Shown here: positions 29,367 through 37,962 of the stretch, in pieces
How the letters are laid out: every line of letters starts with the position of its first letter
Numbering within the stretch: the stretch's first letter is position 1
Source: Candidatus Omnitrophota bacterium
GTDB taxonomy: Bacteria; Omnitrophota; Gorgyraeia; Velamenicoccales; JABMQK01
Length of the DNA stretch: 64,000 bases
Reading direction: 5' to 3'
NCBI GenBank assembly: GCA_028711115.1
Contig: JAQTSV010000001.1
Coordinates: 1,030,032-1,094,031, forward strand
Position numbers and translations under genes: made by a program
The notes under the pieces: model-generated
Databases searched by the model: none
The model's input: the letters and a program-made list of their open reading frames with translations, nothing else
Told to the model about the DNA's origin: nothing

Positions 29367-30109
29367 GACCTGCTCCTTTCGGTGATATGAGAAAATATTT
29401 CGTTTGTCTCTTTGATAATCTGTGTTTTTTCGTCTAAATTCATTATACTTATCTCACCTGCATCTGAAATATTTACATCTTCGGAAATAAATCCGGCAAT
29501 CTCCGCGGGAAAATCAATATCTGTCTTTTTGTTTAACTTTACCCGATTGACGACGAGATAAATTTCTTTATATTCTATCTTCAGTTCTTTCACCAAATCA
29601 AAAATTCTCCTGGCTGCCTTAAGGCCCTGCGGCGTGCTGTCACTGATAATAATAAGCGTATCTATTTTCTTTAATGTCTTGCGGGAAAGATGCTCAAAGC
29701 CAGCCTCGTTATCTATCACGATATAATCGTAATTCGACATAAGTTTTGAAGATACGTTTCTTAAGACATTATTTACATAACAATAACAACCTGTGCCTTC
29801 CGGCCTTCCCAGCGTCAACAAATCGAATCCCTCGGCTTCGTCGAGCGTTGTCTCGATGCGATAACTGATAAATTCGTCCTTACTCATATTAAGCGGAATC
29901 TGGCTGATATTTCTGGAAATGTCGTCGATGATTCTGCCGATATCCTGTGTAGGTTTGAATCCCAGCAATTCTCCTAAATTACTGTTCGGGTCCGCATCTA
30001 TAGCTAAAACAGAACCGGCTTTTTGTTTAACCAGATAACGGATAAGAAGGCTGGCAATGGTAGTCTTACCCACTCCTCCTTTTCCGGCAAATGCAATTAT
30101 ATTATTCAT
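29351..30109 (-). CDS. cooC: CooC/AcsF-type Ni-insertion ATPase
   Basis: 252 aa. Deviant Walker A GKGGVGKT and CxC metal motif (GTGCYCYV). Confidence 0.85.
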   Translation of the reverse strand: MNNIIAFAGKGGVGKTTIASLLIRYLVKQKAGSVLAIDADPNSNLGELLGFKPTQDIGRIIDDISRNISQIPLNMSKDEFISYRIETTLDEAEGFDLLTLGRPEGTGCYCYVNNVLRNVSSKLMSNYDYIVIDNEAGFEHLSRKTLKKIDTLIIISDSTPQGLKAARRIFDLVKELKIEYKEIYLVVNRVKLNKKTDIDFPAEIAGFISEDVNISDAGEISIMNLDEKTQIIKETNEIFSHITERSRSCLKN

Positions 30110-30132
30110 ACGCCTCGCTTAATTTTACATTT

Positions 30133-30558
30133 TTATAATAAGTATCCATATTGGGAATAACCGCCTCCCATACTTATGGCGCCATTTTCATCGATATATA
30201 TGCTATAGCCAGTAGCGTTACCTAAATAATATTCGACGTCTGTTCTCCTAGTAGCTACTCCCACTAATCCTCCTATCGCTGCTACTCTACCCCAATATCG
30301 AAAATATTTCCCATAATTCGTTCCATAATTATCTATCGTGACATCCAACGGAGATATGTCTGCTCCACAATAAGCCCCATATTGTGCATAATATGTGAGT
30401 TGTGCAGAACGTATTGTGGAAAGTATATTTTTTGCCTCTGCTACTCTGGATTTCTCAGCAATTCTCTGATATCTTGGTAAAGCAATAGATGCCAAAATTC
30501 CAATTACAATAATAACTATAATTAATTCAATCAAAGTAAAACCATCTCTGTAAAACAT
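30133..30558 (-). CDS. type IV pilin-like protein (prepilin N-terminal methylation motif), Tyr-rich
   Basis: MFYRDG|FTLIELIIVIIVIGILASIALP with Glu5. 19 of 135 mature residues are aromatic (16 Tyr), counted by hand. Confidence 0.85.
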   Translation of the reverse strand: MFYRDGFTLIELIIVIIVIGILASIALPRYQRIAEKSRVAEAKNILSTIRSAQLTYYAQYGAYCGADISPLDVTIDNYGTNYGKYFRYWGRVAAIGGLVGVATRRTDVEYYLGNATGYSIYIDENGAISMGGGYSQYGYLL

Positions 30559-30621
30559 TTGGTTCTTATTTCATTCTCCTCTTATAAACTAGAATAAACC
30601 GAAACAAGAAGTTAATCAAAC

Positions 30622-32511
30622 TTATATTTTGACTGAAGCAAATCTATTACTATCCGTATGCGGAAAAAACAAGGCCGCCACATATTCATCCATATACGTC
30701 GCATCTGTAGAAAGCTCAAAATAAGTCATCTTCTTGGCAATGTCCTGGGATTTTTGCAAAGCGTCAGAAGACAACAATATTTCTCTTGAGCCCGCCAAAG
30801 AACTATTGCCTATAAAGCTGAATTTCTTTCTGTCTAAATCCGGTAAAAGGCCGATAGTAATCGACTTTTCTATATCCAGGTATGTGCCGAATCCTCCGGC
30901 AATAAAAATCTGCTCAATTGCGGAAAATTCCAAACCCATATGTCTCACCAAAACAGAAGCCGCAGAAAAAATCGCAGCCTTGGCGCGTTTTATATTCTCT
31001 ATGTCTGCCTCGGTAATAACTATATCGGAATCTTTTTTATTGGCGACGACGAATTCCTTGCCTTGCTCACCGTCACGGATACGCGTATTTGCCTTATTGG
31101 TATTGAATTTACCGTTCTTATCGATTATTCCTGTCTTCAAAAGCTCAGCCAAAAGGTCAATATATCCTGAACCGCAGATTCCTGAAGGCGGAACATTACC
31201 TATGGTATCGCACTTCAGAGATAAATCTTTGGGATTTATGCTCACTCTTTGTATGGCTCCGTTGACAGCGCGCATTCCGCAGGCAACGCCGCTTCCTTCA
31301 AACGCCGGGCCGGCAGAAGCTGCGGCGCAGATTAACCAATCTTTATTGCCTAAAACAATCTCGCCATTTGTCCCGATATCAATAAATAAAGTCAATTTTT
31401 CCGTCTTATACATTCCGCTGGACAAAACTCCTGCTGTGACATCTCCACCCACATAACTGGATATACCGGAAACGCAGAACAATAAACCACGCGGATTAAT
31501 CCTTAAGCCTGCCTCGGCCGCCCGGACAACCGGAACAAAATTTGCCGTGGGCACATACGGGTCCCTTCTGATAAAAGTGGGATCCACTTTTAAAAGCAGA
31601 TGGATCATCGTGGTATTCCCGGCACATACGCAACAAGTCACATCGGACAAATTAATGCCGTGCTCGCTGATTAAATCAACAATAATCATATTCATTCCGT
31701 CTATGACAGCGTGGTGCAATACTCCCAATCCGTCTTCTTTCTGCGCATAAATTATGCGGCTGATAACATCAGCGCCAAATGTCGCCTGCCTGTTATAGGT
31801 AATCCTTGTGCCCAATACCTTTTTGTTATTAAGATCAACCAACTGGCCAGACAAAGTAGTCGTGCCTATATCAAAGGCAATACCATAATTTTTCAAAGAT
31901 GTGTCTTGCGGCTCAACCAAAACTATCTCAGTCGTGCCATTCCTGTTGCCTAATGTCACCGTGACTTTCCAATCGCTTAAACGCAATAGCTCTCCCAGCC
32001 CACGGATATTAGCCAGACCGGTCTGCATAATCTGGATGTCTTTAATCTTGCAAATCCCGCGGTACAATCTCTCCAGATCGCTTATGCGGTCTGCTTGATC
32101 TGGCTGCGGTAATTCTAAAAATAATTTCGTGGCCAAAGGCGAATGTATAAAAATATCTTCACTCTCGGCTGGTTTTACTGTCTCTATCTCTTCTGTCTTT
32201 GTATAGACGCTAATCCTGTCCAAACCCAGACGCGACTCTGCAGGGATTTCCACCTCTAAATCGCTCTCTATAGTGGCCAGACACGCCAAGACATAACCTT
32301 TTTTTCTTTCTTCCTGAGAAATTCGTCCGCTCGGCTGCGCATAGACAGAACCTTTTTTGACAATAACCTTGCACCTGCCGCAGACACCATCTCCGCCGCA
32401 GCTGGAGTTAAGGTAAATTCCAGCCGAAATCGCAGAAGAAAGTATTGTGCTGCCTTTATCTACTTCTGCAACTTTGTTATCCGGATAAAATGTGACTTTG
32501 AATTTTTCCAT
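30622..32511 (-). CDS. reductive activator of corrinoid/Fe-S protein (RACo/AcsV; 2Fe-2S ferredoxin + ASKHA ATPase)
   Basis: 629 aa. N-terminal plant-type ferredoxin Cys cluster (CGGDGVCGRC...C) followed by ASKHA-like domains. Sits between acsC and cooC, as in known acs clusters. Confidence 0.85.
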   Translation of the reverse strand: MEKFKVTFYPDNKVAEVDKGSTILSSAISAGIYLNSSCGGDGVCGRCKVIVKKGSVYAQPSGRISQEERKKGYVLACLATIESDLEVEIPAESRLGLDRISVYTKTEEIETVKPAESEDIFIHSPLATKLFLELPQPDQADRISDLERLYRGICKIKDIQIMQTGLANIRGLGELLRLSDWKVTVTLGNRNGTTEIVLVEPQDTSLKNYGIAFDIGTTTLSGQLVDLNNKKVLGTRITYNRQATFGADVISRIIYAQKEDGLGVLHHAVIDGMNMIIVDLISEHGINLSDVTCCVCAGNTTMIHLLLKVDPTFIRRDPYVPTANFVPVVRAAEAGLRINPRGLLFCVSGISSYVGGDVTAGVLSSGMYKTEKLTLFIDIGTNGEIVLGNKDWLICAAASAGPAFEGSGVACGMRAVNGAIQRVSINPKDLSLKCDTIGNVPPSGICGSGYIDLLAELLKTGIIDKNGKFNTNKANTRIRDGEQGKEFVVANKKDSDIVITEADIENIKRAKAAIFSAASVLVRHMGLEFSAIEQIFIAGGFGTYLDIEKSITIGLLPDLDRKKFSFIGNSSLAGSREILLSSDALQKSQDIAKKMTYFELSTDATYMDEYVAALFFPHTDSNRFASVKI

Positions 32512-32514
32512 GAA

Positions 32515-33843
32515 TTACATTTTCTTCAGAAAAGAAGGCAAGCCCGATGCCTCTTTGGGGCCGACTATAATCTGCCAGCCGCTCTTATCCTCTAAATCTC
32601 CGCTCATTACCGAAACATAACCCGGGATAATGAGCTTATTGTGTTTTATTTTTTCTTTTAATCCTGATTTTGCCAAAGAATCCGTTATCTTTTCCGGTGT
32701 AAACTTTTCCGCTGCCCAGGCTGTAAGAACTGACATGCCTTCGGTATCCACGCTCAAAATATACGACGGAACTTTGCTCGCTTCCACTTCGCCCAAAACA
32801 GTATAATAACTCAGAGAGAAATTAGTCGTGACCATTACCGGCGACTGTTCATTCACCTGTCCGATGTTATAAACCTTAGGCTCAACCTGTAATGGCTTCT
32901 GCGGATCAGTATAAATATTCTGCCTTAAAGTAAGCAGGGCTAAAGTCTGCCACGCCTCTACGGTTTTAATTAAGACTATGGAGGCATATTTTGCAATATA
33001 AGTTCCTGCTTCAATCGCCTCCTGATAAGGATCTGCGTCTTCCACTACTGTTATTACAGGATAACCTATGGAGCGCCTTTTTTTCTTTAAAGCCAGCCTT
33101 CTTGCAAAAGTCAAATCTTCGATTTTCTTGGTTATCGATTTATTGCCGGTATCCAAAACGATATCCGATAAGCCTTCCTGATTTGCTTTCTGGGCAAGCT
33201 CTTCTATTTTTTCTAATTCGCCCGCGCTGATTGCCAGGGAAACGCCGTATGCCTTTGCTAAAGCCGCGAATTCTTTTATATTTTCCTCTGTGGCTTTATA
33301 TATCAAAGGTTTCTGTTTGGCGCAATTTTCCAAAGCCCCTTTTAATGCCTGGACATCGTTAGCCATAAGCACTAAGCCCAAATTGGAAAGCTGGGAAATT
33401 TTCTTTGCCTTCTGGACAAAATTATCCGCCTTGCCGGTTTGCCTTAAAGCAATGAGGTTTACTTTTATCAATTGCCCGACGCGCTCAAAACTTAGATTAT
33501 TTATAATCTTAACCTTATTGCCGAACTCGGAATCGCTGATATTGTCGTCGATAATAAAACCTATGGCTGTGGGATTGTGAAATTTCTCCTCGTGACGGAA
33601 CAATACTGTTTCGTTACCTACCTCTACTTTATCGTCTCCTGTGCCGATTGTTACCGTGCGCATCGGCGGAAGCGATGCCTGCTCCAAGGCATCTTTTACT
33701 TCTGGTTTTATAAAAGGGCATTTTTCCAGCGCAACTTGTTTCTTTGCCAAAGCCATGGCAAAAGCAAGACAGGTGGAATAACCGCACTGGCGGCAATTCG
33801 TCTTGGGCAATAGTTTGTAAATATCCAATCCAGAGAGAGCCAT
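32515..33843 (-). CDS. acsC: corrinoid/Fe-S protein large subunit (CdhE/AcsC)
   Basis: 442 aa. N-terminal 4Fe-4S motif (CRQCGYSTCLAF...CP), then a TIM barrel and a corrinoid-binding domain. Confidence 0.88.
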   Translation of the reverse strand: MALSGLDIYKLLPKTNCRQCGYSTCLAFAMALAKKQVALEKCPFIKPEVKDALEQASLPPMRTVTIGTGDDKVEVGNETVLFRHEEKFHNPTAIGFIIDDNISDSEFGNKVKIINNLSFERVGQLIKVNLIALRQTGKADNFVQKAKKISQLSNLGLVLMANDVQALKGALENCAKQKPLIYKATEENIKEFAALAKAYGVSLAISAGELEKIEELAQKANQEGLSDIVLDTGNKSITKKIEDLTFARRLALKKKRRSIGYPVITVVEDADPYQEAIEAGTYIAKYASIVLIKTVEAWQTLALLTLRQNIYTDPQKPLQVEPKVYNIGQVNEQSPVMVTTNFSLSYYTVLGEVEASKVPSYILSVDTEGMSVLTAWAAEKFTPEKITDSLAKSGLKEKIKHNKLIIPGYVSVMSGDLEDKSGWQIIVGPKEASGLPSFLKKM

Positions 33844-33847
33844 CTTC

Positions 33848-34978
33848 TTATTCTCCTTTGCTGAATTTCGCGATTACATCCTTTAGGGCAATATTTCTTG
33901 AATTAGCAATCTTTACGCAATCATCATATTCGGGAATAATTTTATTGTATTTTTTGTCCGTAACTTCCTTGAACCTTACTTTTCCTATGGAAGAATTTAA
34001 AATACCCTGTCTTCTTTTTAACTTTATCCTGTCGGCCTTAAAATATCTTAAGCCTAAAGTGGTGGTTTGGCGAAAGATAATACGAGCTATTGTATCGAAA
34101 GTTTCATATCTTGACAATACAGAAATTAAAATTCCTGACCGCGATTTCTTTGTATGATAATTCTGAAAATATACTTCCAGGGCTCCTGCCTGGTAAAGTT
34201 TATCCATGAGAAAACCCAGAATCTGCGGGCTCATATCATCGATGTTACACTGCATGACTAAAATTTCATCTTGCTCAAGATTAGTTTTCTTTTCTTCCTG
34301 CAATATAGCGGTTCGTAAAATATTCAAACAATCTGTGGACGCAATACTTCCTGTCCCGCAGCCTGACTTCTGAAGGATAAAACTATATTTAATATCTTTT
34401 TGCATCTGTGAACCTAAGGTAGTAATTATGGCTATCCCTGTGGGCGTTATATTTTCGTATTGATGTTGGCTCAAGCGAATATTCTTTGACTTAAGCATAT
34501 AGGCTGTGGCAGGCGCAACTTTCTCTCCGAAAGGCACCGAAGAATATAAAATGCGATCAACATTTAACTTATTTATCAATATACAGCTTGCAGCGATGTC
34601 GATAATGGAATCCACTTCGCCCAACTGCTCAAAGTGCGCGTGTTTTGCATCGTGCACATTCTTTTCTGCGTTGTAAAGAGTATTATAGACATCCAGGATG
34701 TTCTTTTTTGTCTGGCTATCTAATTTTGAGCCGTTAATCTTATTCTTGATTTCCTTGAATTGAAAAACTCTTTTAGTTCTGGCCGAATCCTTTACTACAA
34801 AACGAAAGGCTTTAATATGGCCTGCCTGGCATTTAAAACTTTTCAATTCGTATTCTCTTAAATTTATTTTCTTTAATTCGCTTTTTAAATAATTAAAATT
34901 ACCGGAAAGATCCAGAAGACTGGCCACAATCATATCGCCGCTGATTCCGTCGATTAAATCAAAGTATAAATATTTCAT
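33848..34978 (-). CDS. larC: LarC (DUF111) nickel-insertion protein of nickel-pincer cofactor biosynthesis
   Basis: 376 aa. MKYLYFDLIDGISGDM start and C-terminal PEYDDCVKIA motif, both typical of LarC. Confidence 0.85.
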   Translation of the reverse strand: MKYLYFDLIDGISGDMIVASLLDLSGNFNYLKSELKKINLREYELKSFKCQAGHIKAFRFVVKDSARTKRVFQFKEIKNKINGSKLDSQTKKNILDVYNTLYNAEKNVHDAKHAHFEQLGEVDSIIDIAASCILINKLNVDRILYSSVPFGEKVAPATAYMLKSKNIRLSQHQYENITPTGIAIITTLGSQMQKDIKYSFILQKSGCGTGSIASTDCLNILRTAILQEEKKTNLEQDEILVMQCNIDDMSPQILGFLMDKLYQAGALEVYFQNYHTKKSRSGILISVLSRYETFDTIARIIFRQTTTLGLRYFKADRIKLKRRQGILNSSIGKVRFKEVTDKKYNKIIPEYDDCVKIANSRNIALKDVIAKFSKGE

Positions 34979-34989
34979 AATTTTTGTAT

Positions 34990-35661
34990 TTATCTGTTAT
35001 TTATGAGGCTGGCTATGTATCCGGCGCCAAATCCGTTATCGATATTCACCACTGCTATACCCGGCGAACAGCTGTTTATCATTGTAAGTAAGGCGGACAA
35101 TCCTTTGAAGTTTGCGCCGTAGCCGCAACTTGTAGGCACAGCTATTACCGGCGCCTTTACCAAACCGCTTACTAGACTTGCCAAAGCAGCCTCCATTCCG
35201 GCCACAACCACTATCACATTTGCCTTCCTCAAGAATTCCAAATGGTTAAGTATGCGGTGCGTGCCTGCAACTCCCACATCATAAACTTTTCGCACTTTAT
35301 TACCCATAATCTCCAGAGTCAGAACCGCCTCTTCTGCCACCGGGATATCTATGGTCCCTGCGGAAAGCACCAAAACTTCCCTATTTTTATTTTTTATCTT
35401 ATTCTTTTTTAAGAATCCGAACCGCGCAGTTTCATTATATTGGAGAAAAGGGAATTTTGATTTCAGATACAGGAATTTTTCTCTATCTAAGCGCGTAAGA
35501 AATATAACTTTTTGATTATATTTGATAAACTGGGAGAGAATTTTGGCTATTTGTTCTTTGGATTTGTTCTCGCAATATATCGCCTCAGAAAAACCCCTCC
35601 GAGCCTGGCGGTCAATGTCCACCTTGGCAAACTTTAAATCCACAAAACCCTTTTTTTTCAT
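34990..35661 (-). CDS. larB: LarB (PurE-like NaAD carboxylase/hydrolase)
   Basis: 223 aa. AKVDIDRQARRGFSEAIYC, AGTIDIPVAEEA and VAGMEAALASLV motifs. Confidence 0.85.
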   Translation of the reverse strand: MKKKGFVDLKFAKVDIDRQARRGFSEAIYCENKSKEQIAKILSQFIKYNQKVIFLTRLDREKFLYLKSKFPFLQYNETARFGFLKKNKIKNKNREVLVLSAGTIDIPVAEEAVLTLEIMGNKVRKVYDVGVAGTHRILNHLEFLRKANVIVVVAGMEAALASLVSGLVKAPVIAVPTSCGYGANFKGLSALLTMINSCSPGIAVVNIDNGFGAGYIASLINNR

Positions 35662-35957
35662 AGATAAACTACAAGATACGACAAAATAGATATAATCAGA
35701 AGAGCAAAGATATAGAAGTCATTGTAGTAGAAGAAATCGCTTATTTTATCCCGGAAAGAATAAGCTAGAGAATTTTGTTTTGCGGTGGGTATTATTTTAT
35801 CTTTGATAGCATCCAGTTGTTCTTGTTTGAATCTTAAGTAAACACCTCCCACTTTATAAGCTGGGATGATGCTTTTTTCCGATAATTCAATAATCTCGCC
35901 TTCGGTAATACCTAAGTATTGCGATGCCTCGCGGATTGTAAGTAACTTCTCTTTCAT
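35658..35957 (-). CDS. excisionase-type HTH protein with C-terminal transmembrane anchor
   Basis: 99 aa. LTIREASQYLGITEGEIIELSEKSIIPAYKVGGVYLRF (HTH_17-like) followed by FYIFALLIISILSYLVVYL. The stop overlaps the larB ATG (ATGA). Confidence 0.65.
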   Translation of the reverse strand: MKEKLLTIREASQYLGITEGEIIELSEKSIIPAYKVGGVYLRFKQEQLDAIKDKIIPTAKQNSLAYSFRDKISDFFYYNDFYIFALLIISILSYLVVYL

Positions 35958-35958
35958 G

Positions 35959-36465
35959 TTAACCTATCTTTCCTGCGGCGATCCAGTCGTCTATTCTCTT
36001 CCTCTCGAATTTCCATTCTTCACCTTCTTTGAAACCAGGGATTTTCCCCGAATTCGCCCACTGCACAATCGTGTCATGATCCAGTTCCAGGTGTTTTGCC
36101 AGATCATCCGCATTGAGAATATCATGCATCATAATACAGGTACCCTGGAATATAGCTCCGTCGGAGATAACCAATCGCGGCGTCTTTATATTGCCTTCCA
36201 CTACAGCATGATTTAACAATTCGATCCTTGAATCTGATTCAATGTCGCCCTTCACCCTGCCGGAGATACTGATATTCTCGCATTTTATATGAGCATCTAC
36301 GAATGCTGTATCGCTGATTGTGAGATTTCCCTTAACTTCCAACCTGCCTTCGAATTTACCGTTTATTTTTAGATTCACCGGATCCTTAAATACCAAACTT
36401 CCCTGCATAGCTGCATCAACGTCGATGGTGTGTTCCTCGCGATCTTTCTTATTTCTTAATCCCAT
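35959..36465 (-). CDS. bactofilin fused to a C-terminal excisionase-type HTH
   Basis: 168 aa. Bactofilin beta-helix repeats (INGKFEGRLEVKGNLTISDTAFVDAHI...GRVKGDI...VVEGNIKT) followed by DLAKHLELDHDTIVQWANSGKIPGFKEGEEWKF. GGAGGTGG lies 5 nt before the ATG. Confidence 0.75.
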   Translation of the reverse strand: MGLRNKKDREEHTIDVDAAMQGSLVFKDPVNLKINGKFEGRLEVKGNLTISDTAFVDAHIKCENISISGRVKGDIESDSRIELLNHAVVEGNIKTPRLVISDGAIFQGTCIMMHDILNADDLAKHLELDHDTIVQWANSGKIPGFKEGEEWKFERKRIDDWIAAGKIG

Positions 36466-36907
36466 GCTCCACCTCCTCTTTCCTTAGCAACGTTCTTTCG
36501 AAGTTACGCAAGAAAAGTAATACTACCAACACAATAATAGTTGAAAAAATTGCTCCAAAATAAAAACCGCAACCCACTGCCAAACCCACTGCAGAGGTAA
36601 TCCAAAGACTGGCCGCAGTGGTAAGCCCTTTGACTGCCATTCCATAGCGGATAATCGCTCCTGCGCCAAGAAAACCAATACCTGTTATTACGCCGGAGGC
36701 TATGCGTGACGGATCCACTGTGCCTATTTCTTTATATATATCAAAAACATGTATGGATGTCAACATTATAAGAGTCGATCCCATACATACCAATATATGC
36801 GTACGTAATCCCGCTTCGTGGCGATGGACTTCTCTTTCTGTGCCGATCAGGCCTCCCAGTATGGCCGATAAGACTATTCTTACCATTGCAGAGAATGCTG
36901 AAATCAT
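36449..36907 (-). CDS. mgtC: MgtC/SapB family membrane protein
   Basis: 152 aa with MgtC N-terminal membrane-domain pattern (GGLIGTEREVHRHEAGLRTH). Confidence 0.85.
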   Translation of the reverse strand: MISAFSAMVRIVLSAILGGLIGTEREVHRHEAGLRTHILVCMGSTLIMLTSIHVFDIYKEIGTVDPSRIASGVITGIGFLGAGAIIRYGMAVKGLTTAASLWITSAVGLAVGCGFYFGAIFSTIIVLVVLLFLRNFERTLLRKEEVEHGIKK

Positions 36908-36938
36908 AACTCCCTCCTTATTACTATTCTTATATTAA

Positions 36939-37943
36939 TTAATATAGAATTGGCTTAAAATTCAAATTATCGCGTTTGCCTAAGCGGTATAATTGATAAC
37001 CTAATCCCGCCACCATAGAAGCATTATCCGTGCATAATCTGTTTTCTGCAATAAAAACTTTTATACCTTTGTTTTCTGCCTGTTTGCGAAGCTGTGCGCG
37101 AAAATATTTATTTGCCGCGACTCCTCCACCCACAACCAAATCCTTGGCCTTCTTTCTTAACGCCGCAGTAATTGCCTTATCCACTAAAGACGCCACAACT
37201 GACTGCTGAAAAGAAGCGGCTAGGTCGCTTGCTTGCTTTCTTGACAACATACCGATTCTCTCTATATCCCGTATTTTATATAAAACCGCGGTTTTAACAC
37301 CGCTGAAACTAAAATTTAAATTACCATTGTTACTGCAACCAAAATTATATGCCTTATGATTGCCGCCTTGGGCAATTTTTTCCACCAAAGGTCCGCCGGG
37401 ATAACCCAGCCTTAACAGTTTTGCCACTTTATCAAAAGCCTCTCCGGCTGCATCATCCAATGTCTCTCCTAAAACTTCAAACTTATCAAAATTTTTAAAA
37501 TAGTAGAGGCTGGTATGTCCTCCGGAAACAATCAGGCCCACAAAGGGGAATTTCGGCGATTGTTTATGACCGTTTGAACTTAAAAATGGGGCATAGATGT
37601 GTGACTGGACATGATCCACGCCAATAATAGGTATTTTATTGGCAAAACTTAAAGCCTTGGCAAAAGAAATGCCCACCAATAATGAACCGATTAAACCCGG
37701 GCCTTTGGTTACGGCAATTAAATCCAAATCGCCAATTTTTACGCCGCTTTTTTTTATGGCCCGGTCAACTACAAAATTTATATATTCTAATTGCGCGCGC
37801 GAAGCAATCTCCGGTATTACGCCTCCGTATTTGGCATGTAATTTTATGCTCGAGGCGATAATGTGAGAACAAATTTTTCTACCTTTATATACAACGCTAG
37901 CCGCTGTTTCATCACAGGAAGTCTCAATTCCCAATACATACAT
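36939..37943 (-). CDS. tsaD: tRNA N6-adenosine threonylcarbamoyltransferase
   Basis: 334 aa with GIETSCDETA start; Kae1/TsaD family. Confidence 0.95.
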   Translation of the reverse strand: MYVLGIETSCDETAASVVYKGRKICSHIIASSIKLHAKYGGVIPEIASRAQLEYINFVVDRAIKKSGVKIGDLDLIAVTKGPGLIGSLLVGISFAKALSFANKIPIIGVDHVQSHIYAPFLSSNGHKQSPKFPFVGLIVSGGHTSLYYFKNFDKFEVLGETLDDAAGEAFDKVAKLLRLGYPGGPLVEKIAQGGNHKAYNFGCSNNGNLNFSFSGVKTAVLYKIRDIERIGMLSRKQASDLAASFQQSVVASLVDKAITAALRKKAKDLVVGGGVAANKYFRAQLRKQAENKGIKVFIAENRLCTDNASMVAGLGYQLYRLGKRDNLNFKPILY

Positions 37944-37962
37944 TATAAAAATCCCCCGTTTT

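Noticed and set aside
30734-31456. 240-aa plus-strand ORF
   Set aside because: It is antisense to the well-supported RACo gene and has no motifs. It is a shadow ORF. The same reasoning applies to the other 60-170-aa plus-strand track ORFs inside minus-strand genes (e.g. 282-674, 6435-6890, 24880-25353, 27804-28319, 53822-54301).
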